In this document: positions 12,042-25,283 of the stretch, in pieces | Layout: every line of letters starts with the position of its first letter | Position numbering within the stretch: the first letter of the stretch is position 1 | Assembly (NCBI RefSeq): GCF_018350175.1 | Contig: NC_058383.1 | Coordinates: 26,476,001-26,540,000 of the forward strand | Length of the DNA: 64,000 nucleotides | Source: Felis catus | Taxonomy: Eukaryota | Reading direction: 5' to 3' | Translations under genes and position numbers: made by a program | The notes under the pieces: model-generated | Seen by the model: only the letters and a program-made list of their open reading frames with translations | Databases searched by the model: none | Told to the model about the DNA's origin: nothing

Positions 12042-12365
12042 AAAAGTCCATGTCATTGAGAACGTAGATCAATGGTTGCCCGAGGCCAGGAGGAGAGAAA
12101 CAGGAAGTTAATGTGTAACAGGTGCACGGTTTCAGTTCTGCAAGATGAAAAAGTTCTGGAGACAGAAGGTTGTGTTAGCTGCACAGTAAAGTAAATGGAC
12201 TTGCTGCCGTTGAACTGCACAGTTTAAAATGATTAAGGTGGCAAAACTTGTGTGTGTTATACAATTTTTTTACATCAGTGTGAAAGAGGAGATGATGGAA
12301 AGAGATGAAAGGAGTTTTCTGGATAAAAAGAGAGTAAAGAGACAACAATACCTGCCACAGGTGAA

Positions 12366-12424
<59 letters not shown>

Positions 12425-13883
12425 TTGTGTTTATTTATTTTTTGAGAGAGAGAAAGTGCAAGCGGTGGAGAGCCAGAGAGGAGAGCCAGAATCCCAAGCA
12501 GGTTCCACACTGTCAGCGCAGCCCGATGTGGGGCTCGAACTCACAAGCTATGAGATCATGACCTGAGCTGAGATCAAGAGTCAGATGCTTAACTGACTGA
12601 GCCACCCAGGTGCCCCTACCACAGATGAATTTAAAAAAAAATTTTTTTTAATGTTTATTTATTTTTGAGACAGAGAGAGACAGAGCATGAGCAGAGGAGA
12701 GTAGAGAGAGAGAGAGGGAGACACAGAATCCGAAGCAGGCTCTAGGCTCTGAGCTGTCAGCACAGAGCCCGACATGGGGCCTGAACTCACAAGCTGTGAG
12801 ATCATGACCTGAGCTGAAGTCGGACGCTCAACCGACTGAGCCACCCAGGTGCCCCCCACAGGTGACTTTTAATGGCATCCTGGTTTGAGGAAACGAAGCA
12901 GTCTTAAAGGCATTTTGAAGACACCCGGGGAGATTTGGAAGTGGATGGATACTGGAGACAGTAGAGAATTGTTGTTAATTCCCTTAGGTGGAATAATGCC
13001 CAGAGATGATGTAGGAGAATGTCTCTATTCCTACAACGTGAATGCTGAAGTATTTAGGGACCAAGTGTCCAGGATGCCTGCAACTTCCTTTCAAATGGTT
13101 CTGGGAAAAAAAAAAAAAAAAAAAAAAAAAACAAGTTCAGTAAAAACAAAAATAAATAAATGACAGCAAAAATGACAAAACATTAACAATTCAACCACTG
13201 CTACTCATTGTATCCTTTTTTGGAACTTCAGGGGTATCTGAAACTTTTCATAGGAGGATGATAGGATAAGATGATTATAATTCCTCTTCATCCTTTTTCT
13301 TACATGGTTCAAGATACCAATAAAACCAACAGTAAGGTGGTGGGAGGAGGGACGAATAGCTGAAGCACAGGGGATTTTTTCAGGCAATGAAACTATTCTG
13401 TGCGTATGATACCGAAAGGGTGTACGCATGCTGTTTTGCATTTGTTAAAACCCATAGGGCTGCACACTACAAGGAGTGAACCCTAATGTAAGTTTTGAAC
13501 TTTTGTTAACAATAACACACTCACGTTGGGTTATCAGTTATAACAAAGGTCCCACACCAATGCAAATTGCTAATAAGAGAGGAAATGTAAGGGAAGAGAG
13601 AATATATGGGAACTCTCTGTACTTTCTGCTCATTTTTTTCTGTAAACCTGCTGTTTGTGTAAAGCTGCTCTACAAAATAAAGTCTAGGGGGGCGCCTGCG
13701 TGGCTTAATCGGTTGAGTGTCCAACTTCAGCTCAGGTCATGATCTCACAGGGTTCATGAGTTCGAGCCCTGCGTCAGGCTCTGTGCTGACAGTTCTGGAG
13801 CCTGCCTTGGATTCTGTGCTTCCCTCTCTCTCTGCCCCTCCTCTTCTCGCCCTCTGCTTCTGTCTCAAAAATAATAAACATCA

Positions 13884-14105
13884 GGGGCGCCTGGGTGGCG
13901 CAGTCGGTTAAGCGTCCGACTTCAGCCAGGTCACGATCTCGCGGTCTGTGAGTTCGAGCCCCGCGTCGGGCTCTGGGCTGATGGCTCAGAGCCTGGAGCC
14001 TGTTTCCGATTCTGTGTCTCCCTCTATCTCTGCCCCTCCCCCGTTCATGCTCTGTCTCTCTCTGTCCCAAAAATAAATAAACGTTGAAAAAAAAAATTAA
14101 AAAAA
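13884..14105 (+). mobile_element. Young SINEC_Fc-type SINE inserted in the tail of an older SINE
   Basis: Diagnostic head; TSD AAAAATAATAAACAT. Confidence 0.9.
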
Positions 14106-15198
14106 AAATAATAAACATTAAAAAAAATTTTTTTTTTTAAATCTAGGGGCAGCTGGTTGGCTCAGTTGGAAGAGCATGAGACTCTTGATCTTGGTGTTGT
14201 GGGTACAAGCCCCATGATGGGTACAGAGATTACTTAAATAAATAAACTTTTAAAATTTTTTTTAAAAATTAAAAGTAAATGGGGTGCCTGGGTGGCTCAG
14301 TCTGTTAAGTGTCCAAATTTGGCTCAGGTCATGATCTCGCTGTTTGTGGGTTTGAGCCCCACGTCGGGCTCTGTGCTGACAGCTCGGAGCCTGGAGCCTA
14401 CTTCAGATTCCGTGTCTCCTCCTCTCTCTGCCCCTCCCCAGCTTGTGCTCTGTCTCTCTATGTCTCTCAAAAAATAAATAAATGCAAAAAAATTTTTAAA
14501 AAATTAAAAGTAAAGGCTTAATTGAAACAAGAAGAAAAATAAAGGTTTTTTTAATTTTTTTTAATGTTTATTTTTGAGACAGAGAGAGACAGAGCATGAA
14601 TGGGGGAGAGTCAGAGAGAGAGGGAGACACAGAATCTGAAGCAGGCTCCAGGCTCTGAGCTGTCAGCACAGAGCCCAACGTAGGGCTCAAACTCACGAAC
14701 CATGAGATCATGTCTGGAGCCGAAGTTGGACACTTAACCGACTGAGCCACCCAGGCGCCCCAAAAATAAAGTTTTAATAATAATCCGAGAAGTTAGCAGT
14801 CAGAAATGCATGCACTTGGGTACTGTATAATTATAAAATATGGGCCACAAATTTGGCTCTGAGCTTCACAGAAGCTAGGCAAAGAGGGAAACACATGATA
14901 AAAACATATTTACTTAATAGAAGGTAAGATGTTTTTTGGAAGGAGGGGAAGAAATAGGAAAGAAATCTCTCCCATGGGTCCTTAAAAAAAAACAAAACAA
15001 ATAAAAGGTTATGTACCTGCTCATCCTTGATATTTTGCTAAAATTGACTCAAAAGCAAGTTTCAGGGCACTGGTTGTTTCAGTCAGTAGAGCCTGTGGTT
15101 CTTGGTCTTGGGGTCATGAGTTCGAGCCCCATGTTGGGTATAGAGATTACTTAAAACTTTTATGTATTTTTTTAATTTTTAAAAAATGTTTATTTGTT

Positions 15199-15201
<3 letters not shown>

Positions 15202-15247
<46 letters not shown>
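15202..15247. repeat. (CA)n microsatellite within an antisense SINE
   Basis: Read directly from sequence. Confidence 0.95.
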
Positions 15248-15251
<4 letters not shown>

Positions 15252-15751
15252 CTGAAGCAGGCTCCAGGCTCTGAGCTGTTGGCACAGAGCCTGATGTGAG
15301 GCTCGAACTCAGAAACCGTGAGATCACCACCTGAGCAGAAGTTGGATGCTCAACCAACTGAGCCACCCAGGTGCCCCAAAAATAAAATCTTAAAAAAAAA
15401 AAGTCAGGGGCACTTGGCTGGCTCAGTTCGTAGAGCATGAGATTCTTGATCTCAGGGTTGTAGTTCAAGCCCCGTGTTGGATGGTGGGGATCACTTAAAA
15501 AGAAAATCTTTAAAACTGGGAACATAATAATGGGGGGGAACCCCAGACAGCAAAAGGAATGTAAGAATGTATACAAAGTTCTCCTTTTTTCTATTTTCTC
15601 AGAATGCCACCATCGTTGCTTTTATCCACGTATCAAATACCAAATTCTTGTGGGGTGGGGGTGGGGGAGGGTATTCCCCTCTTTGGCTATTGGCCCTAAA
15701 CTCTGTTGAGTAATCCAACCCTGATACAGCTCTTTTTTTTTTTTTTTTGCA

Positions 15752-16500
15752 AATATTCATTTGCTCAACAAATATTGACATTTTGGTATCTGTCATGTGC
15801 CAGGCATCACGTTTGGTTCTGAGACCACAAAGGTCAAAAGCAAAAATTCCAGACTTCACGGAATTTACACACTTGAGGGGAAGGAAGGAGACCGACCGGC
15901 ACGTCTCATCCTAGTGTAATGAGCCCAGAGTGACCAGGTGTCCGGAGGGGATCGTGGCAACAGCACCGCGGCGGCTTCACGACTGAGGCAGTGAGTCAGT
16001 GAAGCTTGAAAAAGAGGAGCCACCTGCCAAGGCAAGGGGAGGGGGAGAGAATGCCCAGAGGAGGCAAAAGCGGGGACGGCAGGGAGGGCAGAGCGTAGAC
16101 TTTGAGAACAGAAGCTGCCCTGGAGTTGAAGCTGGAAGGGTGGACCGGGACCGGGTCTGGGGGCTCCAGAAAGCCTCTTTCTAGAGTTTAGGCGCTAATG
16201 TGATGGTGACGGGAGGCTGCTGGGCAGGGAAGCCTCCCGGTCAGAAATGGGTTGTTTGGGAAAATGTCCCCTGGCTGTTTCCGAGGAGGCCAAGCTGAAG
16301 GCAGCTAGACCAGTTCTGAGCTATTGCTGCAACGAAGGAATGAGCCAGGAACGGAGCCAGAGGAAGGGGCGGCTTCGCTGGGCATTCTGGAGTAGAACCA
16401 GCAGGACTTACAGAGGGATTATAGGCTGGGGAGAACGAGAGGGAGGAGGTAGGTTGACTCCTACGTGCCACGCAGGGCCCTGGGGTGATCCTGGGTGTGG
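15752..16500 (-). mobile_element. L2 fragment, antisense
   Basis: ATTCATTTGCTCAACAAATATT...ATGTGCCAGGCA start and later AGCTAGACCAGTTCTGAGCTATTGCTGCA are typical of antisense L2. Confidence 0.65.
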
Positions 16501-16761
16501 AAAGCAGGTGAAGGGCTTCCAGAGGAGGGAGGCGGTAACCAGTAGGTTTGGGAACGTTGGGGCCCAGGGCTTGCGGATGTCCGGTAGAGGTGGTGGGCTG
16601 GCCGCTGCAGGGGCAGGGCCAGAGTTCTAGAGAGAGCCTGTGGCTGTGCTGTGGGCCTGAGTGTCCAGCAGGGCACTGTGAAAGGGACACACTGGCCCTT
16701 CCTCAGCCCTGTGCATTCACACCATGGTCTGTGTGTCAGGCCCTGCCCGGGGCATGGAGGT

Positions 16762-17637
16762 TGTGCAAATGGACAAAGACTATCCAAAGGAGAACAAACA
16801 GATGCTCCTTACTCAGAGCTGTCTATATAGGCTATAGCAAGCGAGTCAGCCCCCATTATTTGTGTTTTGGCACAGACTCAAAGGCAGACAGAGGAGAGGG
16901 AAAGCTTTATTGTTAAAAAAAAAAAAAAAAGGTGGGGGCAGGGAGCGCTTTGCTGGCTCAGTGCATAGAGCATGTGACTCTTGATCTCAGGGTTGTCAGT
17001 CCAAGCCCCATATTGGGTGTCAAGCTTACTTAAAAAATAATAATTAGGGGCGCCTGGGTGGCGCAGTCGGTTAAGCGTCCGACTTCAGCCAGGTCACGAT
17101 CTCGCGGTCTGTGAGTTCGAGCCCCGCGTCAGGCTCTGGGCTGATGGCTCGGAGCCTGGAGCCTGTTTCCGATTCTGTGTCTCCCTCTCTCTCTGCCCCT
17201 CCCCCGTTCATGCTCTGTCTCTCTCTGTCCCAAAAATAAATAAACGTTGAAAAAAAAATTAAAAAAAATAATAATTAAAAAAATTTTTTCATAAGTAAAT
17301 GAAGGAAGGAAGGATCCAGCTGTGCCCCCAGTGGAGGCTGTTGGCATGGGGAAGTCAGAAGTGGGCTAACTAGAAGAAGGGCATGCCGTGTGATTGGTTA
17401 GGGGTACCCATTTGGCTTTCTCTAGCTGGTCCTAAGCTAGAAGCAGAGATAGGAATTAGGGAAGCTGTCAGTTACTAATCAAGCCCTGGCCTTTGGGGGA
17501 CGGTTGTTCCAGGGGCTGTTGTTTGGCTCCCAGGCTGGTTACTGCAGACAATGGGTTGGTTTCCTGGGCTGCAGATTGAGGGTCAGAATTCTGTTTTTAT
17601 ATAAGGTCTGGCCAGTGTCTGTCTGTTCAGTCTCTCA
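16762..17637 (-). mobile_element. Solo ERV LTR (MER77/MER90-like) containing two SINE insertions
   Basis: TG...CA termini with perfect 4-bp TSD AGGT (16758-16761 and 17638-17641). Minus strand starts TGAGAGACTGAAC...GGCCAGACCTTATATAAAAACAGAA. Confidence 0.8.
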
Positions 17638-17864
17638 AGGTGCCTCAGTCCTTGAGCTACAGTCCTGGCCCTCATGGCACTTGCGTTCCCGGAGGTGAGA
17701 CCTGCGTGAAGCAAAAACAAGCAAATCTGTTATCAAGACCCTTCCACCCAGGGCTCAGTCCTTTTACTGTCCTTATCAACTGGTTCGTTTTTTTTTGAAG
17801 ACACTCAGCAAGGTCTCAAAGGGTCTTGATACTAGAACTCTGACAGGTTTTCAAACCTGAAACA

Positions 17865-18156
17865 CGTTTCAAAACATGTATGTAAATGTTCATCCCAGAG
17901 CTATATACAACAGTCCCAAAGGGAAACAGCCCAGATGTCTATCAATAGATGGAGGGATAAACAAAATGTGGGATATCAATACAATGAAATATTATTCAGG
18001 GGCGCCTGGTGGCTCAGGCGGTTGGGTGTGTTAGACTTTTGGTTTTGGCCCAGGTCATGATCTCATGGTTCGTGGGGTCGAGCCCCGTGTCGGGTTCTGT
18101 GCTGACAGCACAGAGCCTGCTTGGGATTCTCTCTCCCCCTCTCTGCCCCTCCCCCC

Positions 18157-18212
<56 letters not shown>

Positions 18213-18607
18213 ATAAATAACGTTAAAAAAAAAAAAGAACTATTATTCAGTCACAAAAAGGAACGAAATGCTGGTCCATGCTACAATACAACCATGGATG
18301 AACCTTGAAAACATTCTTTTGAGTGAAAGAAGGCAGACACAAAAAACTACACAATGTATGATTCCACTTAAATGAAATGTCCAGAATTGGCAAATTGATA
18401 GGTATAGAAAGTAGATTAGCTGTTGCCAGGGGCTGGGCTGAGGGGAACCATGGGAAGTGACTGCTTAATGGGTACCAGGTTTCTTTAGGGTGATGAAAAG
18501 CTCTGGGACTAGGTATTAGTTAGGGCTGCACAGCACGGTGAATGTCCTTCATGCCACACAATAGTACACTTTAAGGGTTTTTTTTTTTAAATGTTTATTT
18601 ATTCTTT

Positions 18608-18657
<50 letters not shown>

Positions 18658-19020
18658 ATCGGAAGCAGGCTCCAGGCTCCAAGCTGTCAGCACAGAGCCT
18701 GATGCAGGGCTCGAACTCACGGACCATAATATCATGACCTGAGCCGAAGTTGGTCACTCAAGGAACTGAGACACCCAGGCGCCCCTGTTTTTTTGTTTTT
18801 TTAAGTTTACTTATTTTTGAGACAGAGCTTGAGCAGGGAAGCAGCAGAGAGAGAGGGAGACAGACAGGTTCTGTGCTGTCAGTGCAGAGCCCTATGCGGG
18901 GCTCAAACCCACAAACCATAAGATCATGACCTGAGCCAAACTTGAATGCTCAACCGAGCCAACCAGGCGCCCCTAAAATGGCTAAAATGGTAAATGTAAT
19001 GTTACGTATATTTTATATGC
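17865..19020 (+). mobile_element. L1MB-type 3' end, split by SINEs
   Basis: GGATGAACCTTGAAAACATT...GTATGATTCCACTTAAATGAAATGTCCAGAATTGGCAAAT...AAAATGGTAAAT. Confidence 0.8.
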
Positions 19021-19365
19021 ATGGTCAGTTCTGGAGATTTAATTAGTTTAAAAATACTTATAGGCAAGGATTTTATTTGGTCAACTTTGCTCAAACAGAA
19101 GAAAATTCATTAAAAATGTTTTTAAATGTTTATTTATTTTTGAGACAGAGAGAGAGTGTGTGTGCGGCGGTGGGGGAGGGGCAGAGAGAGAGGGAGACAC
19201 AGAATCTGAAGCAGGCTCCAGGCTCTGAGCTGTTAGCACAGAGCCCAATGTGGGGCTTGAACTCACGAAACGTGAGATCATGACCTGAGCCAAAGTCAGA
19301 TGTTTAACTGACTGACTGAGCCCCCCAGGTGCCCAAAATGCATTTTTTTTAAAGTGAAAATATCA

Positions 19366-19590
19366 GGGGCGCCTGGGTGGCTCAGTTGGTTAAGCGTCGG
19401 ACTTCAGCTCAGGTCACGATCTCGCGGTCCGTGAGTTCGAGCCCTGCGTCGGGCTCTGGGCTGATGGCTCAGAGACTGGGGCCTTCTTCTGATTCTGTGT
19501 CTCCCTCTCTCTCTGCCCCTCCCCCGTTCATGCTCTGTCTCTCTCTGTCTCAAAAATAAATAAATGTTAAAAAAAATTTTTTTTTAAATT
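19366..19590 (+). mobile_element. Young CAN-SINE
   Basis: TSD AAGTGAAAATATCAG. Confidence 0.9.
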
Positions 19591-20259
19591 AAGTGAAAAT
19601 ATCAGCTCCTGGATATGGAATGAATTTCAAAAATGTAAAATATACAATACAGAAAAGACAGCTTTCACTCAGTATGGACAGTTCATTTTCTCAAGAAATC
19701 CTATTGTTATTTATGCTAACATAAATATTATTTCTAAGGTTATCTAGGGTTATTATTTCTAAGGCTTTTACATGATGACAAAGCCAATAGTTAGTAATTA
19801 TGAGTATAAAGGTGATTTTGTATTTGGTCAATATCACAGTGTTCACATTTAAAAGATACCTAATGCAGAACAATGGCTCAGTTTGAATGATTGCAAAATG
19901 ACTTTAATGACATAATAGTGTAACCGCTTTGAGGTAATAGCAATGAACTCTTTTTTGTTGTTGTTGTTGTTTAGGCAAATGACTCTGGTTCTTTTTCTGT
20001 TACTCATTGAAAAACAGTATCAATCTCACAAGGTGATGCCCAGTCTCACTTTCCTATGGGCTACAATTTATTCTCCACTTTCTAGGCACTGGGCTGTGGG
20101 CTATGCCTAGTGATCTAATCTACATCCTCACAATCCCCTGCTGGGTAGGATTTCTTTTCTGCATTTTACAGAGAGGTGGTATCATTTGCCCAGATTCTCT
20201 CACATAGTTAACACTGGATCCTAGCTTTCTTTCATTCTAAATCCTATTCTCTTAATTAA

Positions 20260-20576
20260 CAGTCTTATTCTGTAAAGGGACAGATCGCACATATTTTAAA
20301 GCTTTTCAGACCATGCAATCTCTGCTGCAACTATGTACTTACTCTTCATGGTAACACAAAAGCAGCCACAGACACATAAACAAATGAGCACAGCCTTATT
20401 CTGTGCTACAATATGGGCGCCGAAATTGTATTGATTTCCTATGTGTCATGCAACATTATTCTTTTGCTTTTTTCCCCAGCAATTTAAAAATGTAAAAGCC
20501 ATTCTTGGCTTGCAGGCCATACAAAAATAGACAGCAAGCCAGATCTAGCCTTATGGCTCTAGTTGGCTGACCTCCG
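20260..20576. mobile_element. MER58B-like hAT MITE
   Basis: TTCTGTAAAGGGACAGAT...AAAGCAGCCACAGAC...GCAGGCCATACAAAAATAGACAGC...AGTTGGCTGACC. Confidence 0.75.
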
Positions 20577-21846
20577 CGTCTGATCTCTGCGGGGTCCCCG
20601 AATGCAGTGTGTACAGCAGAGGGCTAGATAATAAGGTGAATGGAACAGGCCGGGCAGTACGTTCGCAGTTAGTAGGGACTGTGACTAACAGAAGAGGCTG
20701 GGGCTTCCTAAAGGAAGCTCTCAGTCTGTTCTTAACTCTCATTGCCATGTGTGAACGCGGCCCAGTATTGCCAATCCTTGCATGTTTTCAGAGGAAGGAA
20801 GCTGGAAATTCATGTTTGTCTTTGCAGTCTCTCTGTTTCAATATTAGCGGTGAATTTAAATTTCTGAAAGAAGATAGTGTCCATCAAAGCACATCTTGGA
20901 TCAGACATGGCCCACAGGGTCCCTTGTTTGTGACCTCTTCACTCCGGTTGTGTGGGTTCTCAACCCTGGCTATTCTTGGAATCACTTTGGACTAAAAAAA
21001 GCTTCAGAGAAATCACTTTGGACTAAAAACAAAAACAAAAACAAAAACTTACCCCCAGAGATCGGATTTACATGGTCTACAGTGGAGCATCTGCATATTT
21101 TTAAAGCACACCCAACCCCCTACCTCCCCTCCCCCCCATTGATTCTGAAGTGTAGCCACTACTTTCTCCTTCAGCCAATCAACACATGCAAATCCCTGGA
21201 GCCCTGTACATACACACCAAAGGAGGGCAGATTTCCAGCTGCTTTTGGTCCAAAAGCCAGTTCATTTATGGGGTTCCTGGGTGGCTCAGTCGGTCGAGCG
21301 TTCGACTTTGGCTTAGATCATGGTCTTGCGGTTCGTGGGTTCAAGCCCCTCATTGGGTTCGCTGCTATCAGCACAGAGCCCACTTTGGATCCTCAGTCTC
21401 CCGCTTTCTCTGCCCTTCCTCTGCTCTCTTTCTCTCTCTCAAAAATAAATAAAACATTAAAAAAAAAAAGTCTAATCATTTAACATATTCCTGTGCCTGC
21501 CCCAAAGCTATTGCTTCTAAACACTGGCCATAAGGGACTGGAGTCTTTCCCTGCTCATTAATCCTTCTACTTGTTAGAGAAAAATACCTCTTCTCATCAG
21601 GGCTGAGGAGCAAAATCATAATGACCATTTGCCAGAATGCAGAGGGAACCGGTCATGGGGCAGATTTGGGAATAGTCTGATGGCAATTTTTTCTGCACAC
21701 TGCCCTGCTCTGTTTAGAATCCTGGGGTACTTGAATCCTGGCTGTGGTCAAGGGAGCCCCACGCACAGATGTAGGCCAGCTGCCTGACCCACTGGTCTGT
21801 GATAGCTTCTCCTGCTCTTTACGGTGGCCTACATGGTCTGGTCCAT

Positions 21847-22335
21847 TGTATCAGTGAGGGTTCAACCCAGAATCACTATAGGTTATGGGATAAGAGATTC
21901 ATTCTAGGAATTAGACCTCACAGAGCTGAAGGAGGAGTAAGGGAAGGAATGATTCAGGAGGGAAAGTAGGAGATCAAAGGAAGCACTGGCCAGTCGGTCT
22001 GAGCAGCCAAGCACATTTGGCCACCAAAATAGAACAGCCAAGGAAGGCTCTATGGCAGGTTGTGCCTCTGTGTTGCTGTTGCCACCAAGCATCTGGTGGT
22101 GGGACAGGGGCTGCTGTTGGTCAGGGCAAGAGCTGGATGTAGAGCGGAGGAGAGCAAAGGCCAGTGGAACCTGCAGGCATCTCTGTATCTTACCATCTAC
22201 CACTGCATCCAACCACGATGACTTTCAGGGACGGTGCTGCTGCACCTGCTCTTGCCTCTTTCGGCCACATCGAACAGGGAAAAGGATTCTAGGAGACCTC
22301 TTTCCAACATAACCAAGTTGACCAGTACAAACCAC
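21847..22335 (-). mobile_element. Old ERVL-type LTR
   Basis: Begins TGTATCAGTGAGGGTTCAACC and ends AACCAAGTTGACCAGTACA; family not resolved. Confidence 0.5.
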
Positions 22336-22378
22336 TCATCCCTGCATTCCTCTCTTGCCTCTTCTGGCCATCAGCCTC

Positions 22379-22856
22379 TGTGATGGTTAATTTTGACCTG
22401 GGCCATGGGCTCTCCAGGTGGACATCTAGTTAAACATTACTCAGCGAATCTGTGAGGGTGTTTTTGGAAGAGATTAGCATTTGAATCGGTAGACTGAGTG
22501 AGGCAGATTGCCCTCCTCCAGGTTGGCGTTAGCCCAATGGGTTGAAGTCCGGAGTGGAAAAAGCCTTAGGAAGAGAGAATTCTCTACCCCTACCTGAGTG
22601 TAGAGCTGGGACATCTGTCTCCTCTTGAGATGGGGACTTATACCATGAGCATTCCTGATTCACGGGGCTTGCCACTGGCCCCATTTCACACCACTGGTTC
22701 CTTTGGTTCTAAGGCCTTCACGTTTGGACTCGAACTACACCACCAGCTCTTCTGGGCTTCCAACAGATTGTGGGATTTAGCCTTCATTATCGTGTGAGCC
22801 AGTGTCTTTCTCTGTCTCTCTTGTTGGTTTTCTTTCCCTGGAGAACCCTAAGAACT
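22379..22856 (+). mobile_element. MLT2-like (ERVL) LTR
   Basis: TGTGATGGTTAATTTT...GAGATTAGCATTTGAATCGGTAGACTGAGT...CTGGAGAACCCTAA. Confidence 0.85.
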
Positions 22857-23481
22857 CTGTCTCCTACACAGCCCTTCTTTAAGTCCCCAGAAGTTGCCAA
22901 GTTCCTTCCTACCTCAAGGACCTTTCATTTCCAGCTGTAATGTTCTTCCCCCACCAGAACTCCTCACCTAGCTCCTTTTTTCTCATCCCCTAGGGCCCAG
23001 CTAAAGTCACTTCCCCTGGACTTCCCATGCAAGTTATCTTCCTGTTATTCTCTCATATCTACAACTTGGGGTTGTATCCATACAACAAAGAGACAAGGCT
23101 CGACACTCAGCTTGGGGTTATATATTTACTTGTAGTATTTCTTTCTTTTGCCAGCAATGAAGCTCTTTGAGGGCAAATGTTGTGTCTACTTTGTTCACCA
23201 TTATAAACCCAGTGCCAGGTATGGAGTAGTTCCCAAACAGACCTGTGAAATGGACACAGTGGTTTTGTTTTTTTTAAGTACTCTCTACACCAAACATGGG
23301 GCTCAAACTCACCACCCCAAGATCAATAGTCGCATGCTCCACCTACTGAGCCATCCTGGTGCGCCTAAACGTAGTCATTTTCAAGGCCAGTGTTTGACAG
23401 TATTTTGGTGGAAAAAAATAAAAAATAAAAAAGATGGTCCCTTGCCTAATATGTGGCTTCATTCTACTATATAATTTATGG

Positions 23482-23485
<4 letters not shown>

Positions 23486-23524
<39 letters not shown>
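23486..23524. repeat. (TA)n microsatellite
   Basis: Read directly from sequence. Confidence 0.95.
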
Positions 23525-23526
<2 letters not shown>

Positions 23527-25015
23527 AAACAAACCAAAACAAAAATTCTTAAAGCCTCTGCCAGAAGGCAAAAATTAACCTTACTGCCCATTAACCCTGT
23601 TGGGATTCCCCCATTGGTCTGGTAAAAACCATTAGAGGTGATAGCTAAAACTTTGTGATGGAATTAACCAACTAGCTCTCAGCAGGAGTTTTAATGGCCA
23701 CCAGGGGAGGTCTAGAAAATTTCTGTGGCTTAATGGCCCACATACATTCACAGCTCTACATGTTTCTTCAGCGTCTACATTATTTTCTCTGTGAGAATGC
23801 TTTATCTGAACAGACTATTTTTCTTGAAAAAATATTTTTCCAAAAAAAATTCCAGATAGTTATAATCCCAGTGCAGAGTTTTCTACCGCAATCCATGAGC
23901 TAATGAAGGCAAATAAATTTGTGGAATCCCTGAGACATATAGGCACTTAATAAATGGTAGTTTCTTTCTCCAGGGTTATTTTTCTGTAAGGATTAAACAG
24001 ACTTGCAACAGGTACTAAATAAGTCCTAAAAATCTAATGTATAGGATAGTGAATATAGACCACAATACTGTATCATAATCATCAAACTTGCGAAGAGACT
24101 AGATCTTAGTTATTCCCACCACTAAAAGGAAATAATTATAGGTCCTAATTGTCAGTATACAGTGGCAATCATATGACAATACAGGAATGTGTCAAATCAA
24201 CATGTTATACACCTGAAATTTACACAATGTTATGTATAAAATTTATTTCAGTTTAAAAAAATGCTACTTAACTCAAACTACTGGTTATGAAAATGTCCCT
24301 GAAAGAAAAGAAAAAGGTAGGGGCGCCTGGGTGGCTCAGTCGGTTAAGTGTCAGACTCTTGATTTTGGCTCAAGTCATGATCTCATGGTTTGTGAGTTCA
24401 AGTCCTAAGTCAGGCTCGGTGTTGAAAGAGCAGAGCCTCCTTTGGATTCTCTCTCTGTCCCTCCCCTGCTTGCCTGTGCACTTGTGCTCTCTCTCTCTCT
24501 CTCAATAAATAAATAAAATAATAAAGTAATTTTAAAAAATAAAAAACAATTTTTTTTAAGAAAATGAATAGGTAAGTAAAGGAATGTATTTGGAGAAGAT
24601 AAAAATGAATGTTTATTTTAAAGTTTATTTATTTATTTTGAGAGAGAGCGCATGGAGGGAGAGGGAGAGAGAGAATCCCAAGCAGGCTCAGTACCATCAG
24701 CACTGAGCGAGACTCAAACTGACAACTGAGAGATCATGACCTGAGTGGAAATCAAGAGTCAGTTGCTCAACCGACTGAGCTACCCAGGTGCCCCCAAAAT
24801 GAGTATTTTTTAAAAAGCTGCTAGGCCTTACCTCTGCTTTGTCTTGAAGCTTAGTTGTAAATCTCTAGCATGTAATTTAATGTAAAAAAAAAAAGAATCA
24901 AAAACTGGAAAAAAAAATTAAAAGCTAGCAAAAACATTACATGGATTTGGAAAATAACTCTGGGGTAAGGAGCTCAACATTTTTAGGAACGGCCCTCGAT
25001 GTGGAGCTGGCACCG

Positions 25016-25173
25016 CCTTCCTCTTCCTCCTCCTCTTCCTCCTCCTCCTCCCTCTCCTCCTCCTCCTTCTCTCCTCCTTCTCCTTCCCCTCCTCATCCTT
25101 CTCCTCCTCCTCCTTCTTCTCCTCCTCCTCCTTCTTCTCCTCCTCCTTCTCCTCATCCTCCTTCTCCTCCTTC

Positions 25174-25208
<35 letters not shown>

Positions 25209-25283
25209 CCCTTCCTCCTCCTCCCCTCCTCCTTCTCCTCCTCCTCCTCCCCCTCCTTCTCCTCCTCTTCCTTCTTCTTTTTT
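25016..25283. repeat. Degenerate (CCT/CTT)n polypyrimidine tract in the tail of an antisense SINE
   Basis: ~265 nt of almost pure C/T next to the SINE remnant at 25284-25385. Confidence 0.95.

Larger units (their letters stand above)
9640..13290 (+). mobile_element. Ancient L1ME-type 3' end, fragmented (9640-9850, ~12285-12365, 12860-13290)
   Basis: CTTCCTGATGGGATGCAC...TATGAAGTGCTCTTGCC and GAATTGTTGTTAATT...GATGTAGGAGAATGTC resemble L1ME4 3'UTR. Confidence 0.55.
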
